Translations under genes and position numbers: made by a program
Shown here: positions 13,646 through 27,630 of the stretch, one piece after another
Layout: the number at the start of each line of letters is the position of its first letter
Position numbering within the stretch: position 1 is the first letter of the stretch
NCBI GenBank assembly: GCA_003427395.1
Contig: BFEA01000006.1
Location: forward strand, 95,225-159,224
Source: Chara braunii
Lineage: Eukaryota; Plantae; Charophyceae
Direction: 5' to 3'
Length of the DNA: 64,000 nt
The notes under the pieces: generated by a model
What the model was told of the DNA's origin: nothing
The model's input: only the letters and a program-made list of their open reading frames with translations
Database searches by the model: none

Positions 13646-15564
13646 GCTCTCTCTCCCCCTCCCCTCCCTCTCCTGAACTGTTAAAATGCAGGTCCGAGTT
13701 TGAACTCCACTGGAGCCTGATTATCACATTTACAAAAAAAAACACCTCTCTCTCTCTCTCTCTCTCTCTCTCTGGCGGCACATCCCTGAACTGTTAAAAT
13801 GCACATTTTTTATCGCTTTGCAAATACCGCCTGCATGACCTTCTTTTTCTTTTTTTTCTAAAATTTATTTAGTTTATTTTGATTTGTTTTTTTTTTTCTT
13901 GATGTTTGCTTTCCATGTTTATCATCCGCAAAAAAAAAATAAAAAATGATAGCACTCCCTCGCTCCCTCTCTTTCTCTCACTTGTTCTCTCCCGCATGTA
14001 ACTCTTTGTGTCTGTTTTGCTATTTTCTCCTTTCTTGTCTATCGTTTTGCTTTATTGTTTTTCTCTTTCATCTTTTCTACCGTTTTTCCCAAAATAGAAC
14101 GTTCAGTAAAAAAAAAAGAAAATCAGAACATGTATTTTATTCGTTTAGGGGTACTGACCTAAGTGGCTCGGTGGCCGGCAACAAAAGTCCCCTACTAGTT
14201 TAAAGCTTGACGCCGCCAACCCGCGATTCGCAGATCCTCGGGCTCCAAAGGACCTCACGAGGTCCCCGGACCTGAGGACGATTCGCCTGGGAAATCCTCG
14301 GAGCCCGAGGATTTGTACTCGGACTATTTTCACATTTGTTTTTCGAAAATAGGTTTCGAGGATAGGTGGAACGACGACGAAATCCTTGGAGTCACGTCCC
14401 CGAGGAGTGTCTAAGGAGGCCCTTAGGTGGGATGGTTTACCAACCGAGAAGTGTCTAAGGCCGCCCTTAGGTGGGATGGTTTACCAACTTGTATCCTCGT
14501 GTAGTCTTGATTTCTCTCTGCATTCAGTGGGACTGGAAGTGAATCGCATAAACTAACAGGTTGATGCTGTCTGGATAACTCAGGGTTGAAAATAATAAAC
14601 CCGGCGCATCTCACGGCACCGTTAGCAGCGCTCGGGGCCTAGCGCCGCCGACAGAGTTCCACCACGGTGAACCTGTCGACCGTCAAGTGGTTCTCGCGCC
14701 GGCATGACGCAAGTAACCATGGTGAAAGCAGTAACCATGGCCTTGGCTATGGCAGCATGATCGTTTTAAGCCCGCCCCGTTTCACCATGACGTATATACT
14801 CCACCGCCACGACTAATCTCAAGGGACATCATAGCCAGTCACTGGGCCACCACAGCAAGGACTCCTCCCCCTGCACCCGAGGTTCGGAACAGGGGCAGCG
14901 AAGGGCACAGCGGAGCAGTACAAGCCGACCCAAGATGCAAGCATCAGAAGGCTAGCTCAAGACAAGAGGGTAACTCATCTCGATCTTGTCGAACGTACCA
15001 TTGGTCTATCTCAATGATTGCTGATCGAGGTGCTCTTCCCCTTTTTTCGACAGCTCTTCCACTAGGGAAACAACTGAGAACTCTGCTTGATAGGTGCAAG
15101 CTATCGCCGCTGCACGATCGCTATCTCGTTCAATAAAATAGATGGAATGCGTAGCTTCCTGTAGATCGGAGGGTCCAATTTTGCACCGATAGCCTCCCAG
15201 AATGGCAGGCTTCTACTAAAGATACTGGAGGTAATTGTTGAACAAAGTCTACCATGCGGCGCGTATGCCGTTACTCGTACTACAGGTAGGTAGGAATCAT
15301 TGAGCGTACTTTCTAGTGTCGCTGGCTGTTACCAAGAGGCATACGGTTCTATAGATTTTTACCTTTCGAGTTCGGCAGTCGTCGCCGCCCCTCATCCCTT
15401 CGGCTCCAAACCCGCCGATCTTAGCCTTCCGCCCGCAGACTAGTTGGCGAGGAGGAAGTCGCTATCGCTATCGAGACAACTATTGGTTTCAAATCCCCCC
15501 CCCCCTATTCCCCCTCCTTTATTCCGCTTGTGCAGAATTCACCTCGCAAGAACCAGGGTCTTAA

Positions 15565-17735
15565 ATGGCAGCCACAGATGGGGTCAAGGTTGTGATGACC
15601 GAAGGGGAGACAGACTCTCCTTAGAGCGAGCAGGACAGACTGTCCGAAGAAAGAGTTGGAATCTTATGCTCAATGTGCTATGATGATGGCCACAACCCCG
15701 AGGATATTCCCTTTGAGGATGTCACTATAGAAGGCAACGAGGCGGTGGTAACAGTTGATCACCGTNTCGNTGAAATCAACATTCANTGGTTGAAAGAACG
15801 NACAGTGGTTGTCATATTCCGAGATGAAGCCAGGAATCTTCCAAGAAAAGTGAAGGAGGATATCGTCCGCTCATATGAGAATGGCTGGAAAAAGGAGGGA
15901 ATCTTTGATCCGTCGGTAGGCAGGGGCAAAATTAAATTTGAGGGACCAAATGTTGTATCTTATGTGGCAAGAGACAGAGTGGTTGTTGAATGGATGGTAA
16001 ATGAAGGTGCGGGAGAGGTGAAACTGAAAGGGAGGAGGTATGTATTTGAAACGAAAGCATGGATGCCCAAAGCAGAACGGAAAGAATTCAGAAGAATAGA
16101 GCTTGAAAACACGTTCTGGGTTGTAGCAGTACAAGTGTCGTTAGATGCCTACTTCTACCTTCGTTCATCCTTAGCTCGTGTCATCGGACCAGTACTGAAG
16201 ATGGATGAACCAGACAGATTCAATTATAATCCTCGACTGTTGAATATCCGTTGTGAACTGGATCCTTCATGCTGGGAAAGGTTCATGGATCGGGTTTGGG
16301 TGAGAACCAAACAGGGAGATATGGTAGAAGTAAAGCTTGCATCCGCAACCACACCCTTTTGTACACGATGCAAATGGTATTTCCACTCGGACGAGGAATG
16401 CACCCGATCAAAGAATAACCAGAACAGAAGGCGAAGCAAGTTCAGAGGAGAGAGAGTGTCACGTATGGAGGAGGACGAGGATGATAGATCATCCCTGACA
16501 TTCAGTTCTAGTGCGCAGTCTGAACACGGTTCTCGCTCAGCCTATAGGCGGGGAACCTCGAAGTACAAGGGTCCGCTATCTCACCAGAATTCCCAGAGAT
16601 CGAACCTTCGATCCAGAAGCCCCTCACCAGTCCGACCCCCTCCCCTGGACGTACGATCCCCTGGCGCCCTACCGAAAGACAACAGCGCACAATTAGGACG
16701 AATCAATCCGGTTTTTTTCCCAAATCCTAGACGCGAGTTTGACCCGTACGGGGGAATAAGAATGGACATGCAGCCTCGAATGAGAGGCGAATTCACCCCA
16801 CCGATGCACAACCCAGGCCTACTGGATGATATCAGCGACCATGGTAGGGCAAGAACCACCCCCCCTGACACAGAGTCTCTCGTACACACCAGGTCAATCC
16901 GCCCCAGTCCTCTAGTGGCTAGGTCATCGACTGTAGGACAGAACCAATCACCTTCTCACCGCTTCCCTCTCATAGGAGTTGCAGCTTCCACAGTTGATGC
17001 TCAAGGGCGAAGCGCTAGGGGACAGTCCCCTTTGAAAGTTCCTAAGACGATTAGACCAGATGCCTCCCCTGCTCATTTGCTGCTATTAGAGGCAGCCCCC
17101 GGTTCGAACGGCCCAGGTATAGAGACGTCCAAGACCTCAGTGTCCAGCCTATCCGAATCGGTAAGATCGATCAGATCTCCAACAGAATTACCGCAAACAA
17201 GCGTTAAGACCTCAAGGAGTCGAAGGGCAATTACTGCCTCAAAGACTCAGTCCACGTCAATGGAAAAATGGCGTGTGCCCATAGTCTGCTCGCTGATTAA
17301 TGGGTCGATCCATGTCGTCGCATGGCAAGCAGAGGACTTGAGAATCAACCTCCCGTCACAAAAGACAGAGGAGCCGATTACACCGACAACATTTTAGATG
17401 CAACGAAACAACAATTCGGTGAACGCTTCCCTTTGGGATTGGTCCCGGACATGGCCATGCCACGGTTCTATCAGGATCTTTCCAACCGTATCTGCAAGGT
17501 TTTCGTACCATTGTTGGACGCGTTCATCGTACCCTTCAAAATGGATGGTCTCCTCATGGAAGGCATGAGACTGATTCCATTATCCATATTTGTTGAAGAG
17601 GACTCAGTCTCCCTGCAACAAATATGGGTTCAACATGTCTCAGACGCTGTATTTTTTAGCAAGCTCAACAACAAACTGCCAAGAAACAAGCCTCTACAGT
17701 CCCTGTTCTTGAAGAACGTATTCACCCAGAAATGA
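15565..17735 (+). pseudogene. LINE ORF1 (zinc knuckle CTRCKWYFHSDEEC, Ser/Arg/Pro-rich tail)
   Basis: ATG at 15565 is in frame with ORF 15673-17397 after one stop. A probable frameshift continues into 17322-17735. Confidence 0.8.
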
Positions 17736-17853
17736 ACGACCACTGCTACATCTGGTTCGTCTTCCAGAACGGGATCCTGACCCCCACAAACCTCTGGCCT
17801 AAGGCCTCATCACCCACCTCCTATCCAATCAGGGGCACTGGTCACCAGAATGA

Positions 17854-20800
17854 ATGGATAAACTTAACATTGCTTCTTGGAATATAAGGGGTTTATGCGA
17901 TGTATCTCGAAGGGGTAAAAAATCAAGGCTGAAATTCTGGCTTCACTACTAGAAAGTATGGATCGTATGTCTGCAAGACACAAGCGGTTATCGGGTAGCT
18001 GAAAATTCAGGAATGAAAACTATGAAGTGAGAGTTTTTGGCAGTCTGAAAATCCTGAATGGTCCTGAAGTGGTGAAAGGTCCGAAGACCCTAAAAACCAC
18101 ATGTTTAGGCAGGCTCCATCCTTAAGTGGTCAAGTGAGAGTTTTGGGCAGTCCGAAAATCCTGAATGGTCCTCAAGTAGTGAAAGGTCCGAAGACCATGA
18201 AAACCACCCTTCACCACTTGAGGATGCGGCCTGACTAAACAGGTGGTTTACGGGGTCTTCGGAGTTTTCACCACTTCAGGACCATTCCGAGTTTTCACCA
18301 CTTCAGGACCATGAAAACCACCCTTCACCATCCATAAAAGGTCCGAAGACCATAAAAAACAATTTGTTTAGGCAGGTTGAATCCTCAAGTGGTGAAGGGT
18401 GTCCTGAAGTGGTGATGAAAAATACGAGTGTTATTAACATTCTCTCCTACAATAAACAAAGTTGGACGAAAAGAAGATCGGAGAGTTGGGCAACTCGTGG
18501 GATGACCCTCAACTCTAGTCCCCTGCAATCGGGACAAGAGGGGGGGTGGGGATCTTGCTACATAGGGAGCTCCCGGTCCAAATCCTGGACTCTGCCGCAG
18601 ACTTGTGGGGCAGGTGGGCTTGGATAAAGCTCTCTGTATATGGACTCGACTGGGCTATTATAACGGTATACGCCCCGGTAGATAGGGCAGAGAGGAATAA
18701 AATTTTTCAGGATCTGATAGCCTATACCCCGAACGTCGACAACCTACTAATAACAGGGGGTTGGAATTGCTCCCTGGATGATCTAACTGGGACGTCAGGG
18801 GGATCCCCTGACATTCATGCACTAATGGAGCTCTTGACAGACTTGGAACTCTGTGATGCGTTCAGACTGATACATCCCATAGACCCTGGCTATACCTGGG
18901 GGTCGTAGGCCAGAGAAGGTAACAACTTAGGCTCGCTCAGAAGACTTAATTTTGCAGTTCTGAACCCAACCTGGTGGGACGTACTTCTGAACGTAGAGGT
19001 AATCGGAAACCCCACGTCTGATCACTACCCAATCAAGCTTACTTTCCAGATGCTAGACACAGTAGATAAAGGCAACGATTTTTTTAGATTGAACGTACAA
19101 AATCTCAAGGACCCAGNCCTCTCGGCCTGGATAGAGAATTTTTTCAGTAACTGGCTAAAATCGCAGCACCACTTCCAAACACTGGGAGACTGGTGGTACG
19201 CAGGAACGTCCAGTGCAGCAAANTGTCTCAGTATCTTCTCTCGCATTATGGCAGAGGAGCGCAACAAGGAGGAAGCAAGCATCATTAANGACCTACAATG
19301 GGTAGAGGATCGTATGCACTCTCACCCCATCTCTGCGAAGGTTTGGGCCCCTGANAGGATCAAATNAGTGAACAATTGGGATGAAATCCAGCAAGAGGGG
19401 GCAAAGGAATGAGCTGAAAAACTACCAGTGAAAGGGGTTTCAGTATACGATCGAATGACCAAAGAAGCCTTTCAGAAACTGGTTCCCAAAAGATCAACAC
19501 ATGCGATGAAAGTGCTCAATCACCTATTTTTACCAGAAGCGTGAACAGCCTCCTCCACTGACGCACTTTGTAACTATGCANCATTGTATTTTAAGGATAT
19601 TCTAACCTCANGCAGACCAGAGGAGTCCCCTGATATAAACCTCTCTGAAGCCTCACCCCACTGGGAAAACATGACAGTCACACTTTCCAACAGTGATAAG
19701 TTGGCACTCGACCATCTAGTAGCAGTTGAGGAACTGGAGGAAACCATTAACTACATGGCGAAAGGCAAATCCCCTAGCAGGGACGACCTGCCAGTCGAAT
19801 TATATTTGCAGTTCGACAAACTGTTGCTGCCCCACTTGGTCAAGATTTTCAATAATGCCCTCACTAGTGGAATGCTGTCAAATTCTATGACACATGAAAT
19901 TATTAGCCTCTTGTACAAGAAATGTGACAAAGCAGAGATCCGCAACTGGAGACCCATCTCCCTGTTGAATGTTCATACAAGATTTTGGCTAAGCTACTTG
20001 CAAACAGATTAGGTAGGTACCTACCTCAGTTGGTTGACCGCGACTAGACCGCCTTTGTTCAGGGCAGATCCATCTTTCACAGCATCGTTACCGCCATTGA
20101 GGCACTAAAATTGATAGACCAGGAAAACCTAGATATGACGGTAATGTTGCTTGACCTGGAGAAAGTTGATGATAGAGTTAACTGGGTTTATGTACTCACC
20201 ACTTTGAAATGTCTGCAATTTGGGCTTAATTTCAATCATTGGGTATCAGTNCTCTACACAGTCTCCACTGCGTCAGTATCAGTGAATGGGCATATCTCCC
20301 CATCCTTCGCATTGACGAGGTCTCTCAGGCAGGGTTGCCCGCTGACCCCCTTCCTATTTGTGATACAACTGGAAGTACTGATTACCAATATCAGAGTAAA
20401 CCCAAATATTCAAGGACTACCCACCCAACATAAAGATTGCCGTGTCAAAGCACTGGCAGACACTCTGATGGTGATCTCCGAAAATACTAGAGAATCCTTG
20501 CAGGCTGTGAAATCGTGTTTGATGGAGTACGCCACCCTGTCAGAAGCAACAATTAATTGGTCCAAATCAGTTTACTTCCTTCGTGATGNNTTTTCAATAG
20601 CGGTCGAGTGGGGAATGAAACGAATTGCAGGTGGTCACTCTGAAAGGTATCTAGGTGTTCAGGTCACACTCGNGCACCGTGCGGAAGCACAGAACAACCT
20701 ACTACAACAGATAATAGTGCAGCAAATCAATCTATGGGGTCCGNCCGAGCATCTATCCTTGTTTGGACGAGCCTTGTTAGTTAATGTGGCCCTGTTTGCC

Positions 20801-21872
20801 CTCCTCTGGTATGTTGGCACAGCCAGAGCACTAGGTAAGCAGATAGTAAAGGTCGTCCATCAGGTGACAACGGAATTTTGTGGAAACCATTTGTGAAAGA
20901 AAAGTCTGGTTCTATCTCGAAAGTCGCTTGGGATCTGATCTGTCATCGCAGATCAGAGGGCGGGCCGGGCTGCTAGACCCAGTCCGCCAAAATGTCTCCC
21001 TGCGGGTCAAATGGATTATAACAGTTATTGAGAGCACCTCGGAAGATCATTGGATTTGTTTGGTCGTGCAGATTCTAACTCAGGATTGGAACCTGTCCAG
21101 ACCCAAGGATGTTTGGACTTGCATGATGATGGACTCATATTTACGCAGGCATACCTCGTCTCCCTTCTGGTCTGATATACTAAGGGCTTGGAAGAAAGTT
21201 GGGCCGCGTCAGTGGACCCCACCAACTACAAAAGAAGAAGTCCTGTTGCAACCAATTTTTAACAACCCGTTTATCGNGGATAATGAGGGACTTACTTTTT
21301 CCGCAAGAACTGGCCCATATGCATTTGGTAGACAATGGACAGAAAAGGGAGTACTAAGAGTGTCAGATCTCTGGGATGAGTTCACAGGACAATGGGTAAC
21401 GATGAACAATCTCAAAGTAAAACTTGGCCGGCTGGGCCAAGTGGAAGAGAGAGCGGTCCTCAGGGGGACCGCTCTCCCCCCGGAGTGGAAGCACCTGCTA
21501 AGCCCGGCAGGAGTTTCGCCACCGGGGACATGTTTCACTGTACAAGAACAGGACGAGCACACANACATATCGAAATTGGTTTGAAANCTGATCTCGATTA
21601 ATGTTGATGGGTCTAGAACTTTCCAACANTGAACCAAGTTGGCATCCTCGAACAAGCTTATAAACTGTACTGGAGAGCACACTTCCACACCTTGTAAATC
21701 ACTAGGTAATTTGACCGAGATTAGAGTGAGAGGAGCTCGTAACAATGAAGGAGAATGGTCGTGCGCAGCCTGGGCAGATAACGCTCCTATCAGACAACTG
21801 AGACTGGACCCCAAAACGTAGTCTTTGACAAGCTCGAGGAATTTTTCACAGGAAGCATGACTCACTGACTAC
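17854..21872 (+). pseudogene. LINE ORF2 (APE endonuclease + reverse transcriptase), fragmented
   Basis: APE motifs: MDKLNIASWNIRGL, QDTK (split by an insert), VYAP, GGWN, DAFR, SDHYP. RT motifs: KSPSRDDLP, NWRPISLLN, LDLEK, LRQGCPLTP, ALADT, RYLGV. Confidence 0.92.
17984..18455. mobile_element. 472-bp foldback-like insertion in the LINE endonuclease, flanked by ACAA
   Basis: Removing it restores CAA GAC ACA AAG TTG (QDTKL). ACAA lies at 17980-17983 and 18456-18459. It has internal direct and inverted copies of gaatggtcctgaagtggtgaaaggtccgaagacc. Second copy at 31969-32440. Confidence 0.75.
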
Positions 21873-22953
21873 CAGAGTTCACAACCAAGATTTTTAGGAA
21901 TACCTTCATCTGACCTAACCACATCCTCTTTGAAAACCAACCACCCATACCCACTGTATACTTGGTCTGTCAGACCTATACCCATCTCTAGCTGCTAAAA
22001 AAAACAAAAAGTATACCCAGACCTACTCTACCTGAACATCTTCAGCATATAACTGGTCATACCTACCCATAAATATTTTTTTTTCAAGACCACCCATGGC
22101 CACCTGAACGCAAACCGTTTGTTAACCACCCGTACCCCACCCTACCCAATTTTTTAAAACTATACCCACCCGTGCTTGTCACCCACCCTACCCTAACCGC
22201 CCATAACTGCCCCTAGTTGTCCCTAACTGCCCTTAACTGCCCTTAACTGCCCCTAACCGCCCCTAACTACCCCTAACTGCCCCTAACTGCCCTAACTGTC
22301 CTTAATTGCCCTAACTTTTTTTTTTTTAAACTGCCCCTAATTATCCTTTATCGGCCCCAACCGTCCCCAACCCTTGGACGTGACATGATTTACGTGAGAA
22401 TTTTTATTATTACTATTATTATTATTATTTATTTTTTCTAGATGTGGCAGCTTCTGCAGCTACTGCCGCAACCGTGACAACAACAATTGTCATATTTGTT
22501 CACTCTGATGATGCTATGGATGCATCTGGTGCTACAGTAGCCAATGCAATCTGTGTAACATCTACAAATGCAACAACCCTCGGTCTATCACACATACATA
22601 CACTCTCACACACAGACACAGACAAACACACAAATATTACATACACAGGGTTACACACATATGAAAATAGTCTGTAAATTTGAAAACCAAAAAATAAAAT
22701 ACAATAAAATATGAAATTCACCCTTGCAAAAAAAATGTTTGCTTAATGGGAAAGCGAGAAATTTGGAATATGAGAAAAGTGTCACGCTTGACAAAAAATA
22801 CAAAGCCTGCAAGGCTACAAGACTCACATCGGGTATACCACGGTTACCCGATGGAAACCTTTACTCGGCCGTACCCACCCCTTTTTGTTTTTGGCCACCC
22901 GTACCTGCCCATACCCGTCTATTTTTTTTTCTGGCCGCACATACTCGTTTTTT
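21873..22953. mobile_element. Non-autonomous hAT-like element, right end deleted (copy 1)
   Basis: Same left end and CTGACTAC flank as the complete copy at 35840-37141. At ~22954 the sequence jumps to the LINE 3' end. Confidence 0.75.
22190..22315. repeat. 10-bp minisatellite (CCCTAACTGC)n inside the hAT element
   Basis: About 12 degenerate units; second copy at ~36170-36305. Confidence 0.9.
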
Positions 22954-23429
22954 GAACAATCCTAGGGAAGTTGGTCAGGATTCAGGATGGTAAGCTGGTA
23001 TTGGACGAATGGTTGGTTAGCGTAGAAAATATACATGGGCGCTCGGTATGTCTCCATAGTAGGAGGGCAGTTGAAAAGGTCTTGGGTTTGGAGGGAGTGC
23101 CACAGAGATCTAAGGAGCTTAGGCTCCCCTACCCCATGTTAGGGGTGGGTCGTTATTTAGGATTGGTATTCATTGGTGTTGTCTGAAGATCAGGGGCTGG
23201 TCCCCTCGGGGTGCAGTCCCACCCCGTAAGCGAAACAGGGTAATGCTCCCAGCCCTCTGGGTAGACTGTGAGGACCCCGGCCTCGTTTCGAATGCATATT
23301 GATAATATACGCCTTGGGCACTGGGTCCGTATTTAGGGGGGGAAAAAGAAAAAAAGAAAAAAAGAAAAGAAAAGAATAAACCCTACTAATACCGATCAGG
23401 GGTATGAAGCTGGTTGACACTAAGTGCGT

Positions 23430-23512
23430 CGCAGGCAGTCATGAGCTCAAACCCACAACCTCCCGAAGTGAATGCCATTTGCGTGCCTAACCAACTGAGC
23501 TACCGGTAGGCC
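23430..23512 (-). other. tRNA-derived (SINE-head-like) sequence
   Basis: Minus strand has A box TAGCTCAGTTGGT and B-box-like GGTTTGAGCTC at tRNA-like spacing, but no intact acceptor or anticodon stem. Partial copy at ~38228-38303. Confidence 0.55.
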
Positions 23513-24113
23513 TCTTGATAGTGTGTATTTTTCACTCGACTCATCAGCTACCGGTAGGCCTATGGATAGTGTGTCTTTTTCACTCAACTCGTCACCACTT
23601 CGACTTTTGTTGATGCGGTCGCGGACGAACATGCCCACCCACACGCAAACAAAAGGCCTCTTGTCGCAGAAAACAGCGTTCATCCTTTGTTCTTTGTTGC
23701 CCAATGTTCCAGTTCTCTTCATATAGGCGGTCGATGTGCGGTCGGTGTGCGGGCAAGTACTTTCGTTTTCCCTCGAACATAAGGAATAATAATAAAAATT
23801 CACACACACACACACACACACACACAACACACACACACACACACACGCACACACACAAAGAGTACTTTCGTCTTCCCTCGAACATAACGCAGCCTGATAA
23901 TGAATATCTACAAGCTATATTTTCGGTCAGGTGCGATGAAATGGGGGTGCCTTGAGTTCGGGGGAAGACCAAAGTCTATAGAGGTCAGCTTTTGTGACCG
24001 CATGCAAACTCAATTGCGGTCACATGCGTACTCAACCACAAAAAGCGAGGTCAAAGGCACCTACATGACAACGAAACCTTGGAATGAATGGGAAAGAAAA
24101 AAAAGAAAGGTGT

Positions 24114-24171
<58 letters not shown>

Positions 24172-24782
24172 ATTTTTTTTTTTTTTTTCGTATTCGCTTA
24201 GCAATAATCAACAGGGCGGACGGTTCTCCACAACATCTAGATGCACTTGCCGTCACACACATAAACACAACCACAAAAAAGGATTGCATAGAAAATGATC
24301 GCAAAAAACGAGCAAACACAAAAAGATTCCGGTTACATGCGTGGAGGCGTAAAGACCAAAAACAGACTACCAACTGATGATAGAGAGTTCTGAGTTCTGC
24401 TTCTGGGGTAAAAACGGGATCAGAGGTCTGACAAACCCTTGTTATAGAGATTAACTTTGAATTACCTCAAGAGCCGGTCATAAATCCTGATGACACTTTC
24501 TTTTTTTTTTCTTTTTTTTTTTCTTTTTTTTTTTGAAGAAAAAAAAATGGGTTGCCACCCATTTAGTTTGGATCATGCTGATGGGTCATACTAGGGCTCA
24601 AACACACCGACTGATCATACTTAGGCTCTTACAAGACTCCTGCCATTAGTCATGTACTGCACATGGCACAACAACCTAACCAAAGAAGCATAAGAAAAGG
24701 TAGAGAGGAGAAAACATGGTAACACAAGAATGCACATAGAAAGTAGAGCTCGAAAGAAAGGGGGAAATAAAAAACAAAACAA

Positions 24783-24842
<60 letters not shown>

Positions 24843-27523
24843 NGGGGGGGGGGGGGGGGTGTGTGCTGACTCACCCGCATGGCCGCCTCCTCTGCGCGCT
24901 GCTCCAGCTAGGGGGAATACACGCTGGAAGCGATTTCGAACCCCTCCACCCAGCCCCTTGCCGCCAGCCTTAACTACCGGTCACCCCCATCGACCCGGCC
25001 CTACAACCTCAAAACCCCCGCCAGGACCACCGCCGGCGACCGGTACCGACACCCGCGAACGACGTTCGCGGCCTCCGAAAATGTGTTCTCGCAACGTGTT
25101 CGGGACCTGTTCGCGTGGACGGGAAGCACCGCGAACACGTTCGCCGTGCTATGCAGGTGTCCGCTAGTACCAGACTCAACCAAAGGCTTACACGATTGGT
25201 TATGGTCATGGGCTTTCATCAGAGAGATTTATGGATCAAGGTCAGCGAGCGACGACAACGTGGGAGTATTGGAGCGACTCGAAGAGGCCAAGGGGTTGAG
25301 GGCCCACCGGGGCTATCCCTCTTCGTTTTGCCGTCAACAGAGTCGAAGCGGTACTAGCGGTTCCTTTTCCTCGTCCGTCGTTTTGCGACGATTAATTTTT
25401 CCTAAATATTTTATTATTTATCAACGTTATTATTTTTTATGTTTCGGCGTTTTTTTTTTCTTTTTTAATTAGGTACGACATCGCTTTTAGCGGTCATCAA
25501 CGGGGTTTGGCGAGTTGGCTGAAATTGTGTAAAATTCTGACTTTTTGAAGTTACGTGATGATGCAGTCCCACGCTGCCGCCCCCTTTTTGTGGATGTGGA
25601 ATGTGGGTGCAGCATGGGCTGATGTGACCAGCATTGCAGTAAGAACTGATTGAAACCCCACCCCCGGGTGGCCGTCATGGCAGTCAAGGACCTTGAGCAC
25701 GCGCCTCTCTTGGAGGGCCCATTTGGTTTCCAGCGTGTCTGAGGTCGTGGCTTCCCTTGCTTCCCGGTTTGGAGAGTGTTGGTAGTCTGAAGTGGAAGAG
25801 AATTGGAGAGTATTCCAAGCGGCCTTGCAGGGCTGCAGCCCTAGGGAGGCGAGGGTTGCTGCGGGCGTATCGTCCGCCAACCACAATCTGCTGCGAGAGG
25901 GTTGTGTGTGAGCATTCCCGTTCGCACTCGGAAGACGGTGGATTATGCCTAGGCTGGGGCACCAAGGCAAAGGTCGCAATGCCCAGGCTGCTGTTCACGT
26001 GGAACCTGCTACCACGAAGATTTGCATCATGACCCGCCCCACCTGGGTTCATTCTGCAGGTTCCACAGTAGGCCTTGCGCCCTCCTACATGTCGCTGCAT
26101 TGGAGCGGCCACCACGGCCGAGTATAGGCCGTGCCCAGTAGTGCCGCCCATTTTCAGGCAAATAGAACCCGCATGTGAATTGTTACGAGCTCCTTAGCTG
26201 ATTTTGGTTTTCGTGACCACCATCCTGTTGTCTGTATCGCACGGGGCCTCTTCGTGGTGTTTGGATTAACGCTCAGTTTGACATCCGACGAATAGAGGAA
26301 AAGGGCGAGTGAACCTAGACGATACGTTCCACAGGGTGCATGCAGGGCGAGGAAGAAGGTAACGGCGAGGGGAAGCAGCTATGGCAGAAGTCCAAGACGT
26401 GTGCCTCGCTCGTTTCTTGATAAAAACGAGCGGGGAAAGATGCTACGCAGGGGTTTTAGGCCGGGGCGACCACCAATCGGTGGTCAGAGTAGGCAAGAAG
26501 TTAGCAGGTTAGGAGATACGAAGATAAGGTAGTGCGCGAAGATATGGAGGGGTGGTGCAGACAGAATGTGGTGGAAGCAAAAATCGTAAACTTACCCGAT
26601 CATTGATGAAAACTAGTGAGTGAAGATCCTATATGGGGGTTGTTGGCCACGGCGAATCCATTGGTGAAGTAAGAATAGAGGGAGAATTAGTTGGAAGAGG
26701 AGTAAGAGGGAAAGGTGACGAGCAGAGGTGGCGAGGATGGAGAAGGAGAGGATGAAAAGTGAAGATTTCGCCCGACTCTTGATGAAAACGGGCATGAAAA
26801 AAAAGGATTCCGGGGTTATCGGACAGGGCAAGCCTAACTACGGTGTCAGATTTGGGAGATAGTAAACAGATTCATTAATCAAGAAGTGAAGGTTTGGCTA
26901 TGTCGAGGGGAATGGGAGCAGATGCATATTACCGCATTTTAGAGGGAAGTTCACTCCGATTTTTGTTTATGTTGCTGACGGAGTACCCCCGCTCTATTTC
27001 TCTACATGCATGACGAACAAGCAGTGTGTGTATGATCGCAAGAAACGAGCAAACACAAAAAGATTCTGGTCACATACGTGGAGACGTAAAGACCAGAAAC
27101 AGACTACCAACTGATGATAGAGAGACCTGAGTTCTGATTCTAGGGTAACAGGGGGATCAGAGGTCTGACAAACCCTTGTTATAGAGATTAACTTTGAATT
27201 ACCTCAAGAGCCGGTCATAAATCTTGATGACAATTTCTTTTCTTTTTCTTTATTTTTTTTAAGAAAAAAAAAATGGGTTGCCACCCATTTAGTTTGGATC
27301 ATGTTGATGGGTCATACTTAGGCTCAAACACACTGACTGATCATACTAAGGCTCTTACAAATCTCCTGCCTTTAGTCATGTACTGCACTTGGCACAACAA
27401 CCTAACCAAAGAAGCATAAAAAAAGGTAGAGAGGAGAAAACATGGTAACACAAGAACACACATAGAAAATAGAACTCGAAAGAAAGGGGGAAACAAAAAA
27501 CAAAACAACTCTCTTTCTCTTTC

Positions 27524-27555
<32 letters not shown>

Positions 27556-27558
27556 CTT

Positions 27559-27630
<72 letters not shown>

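Larger units (their letters stand above)
15565..23380 (+). mobile_element. Decayed L1-clade LINE, copy 1
   Basis: ORF1 with a CCHC knuckle, ORF2 with APE endonuclease and RT motifs, 3' UTR and A-rich tail at ~23343-23380. The 5' UTR boundary is undetermined and may extend to ~14810. Confidence 0.9.
10859..24842. repeat. Composite ~14 kb tandem unit, copy 1
   Basis: Matches 24844 onward at offset 13,985; the ORF track is duplicated at the same offset. Confidence 0.95.

Noticed and set aside
14174-14225. HDV-like ribozyme start (GGCCGGC...GUCCC); also CGAAUGGGAC at ~51380
   Set aside because: The P1, P3 and P1.1 pairings cannot be completed in either case.
23430-23512. Functional tRNA gene
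   Set aside because: The B box is mutated and the acceptor and anticodon stems do not pair; kept only as tRNA-derived.
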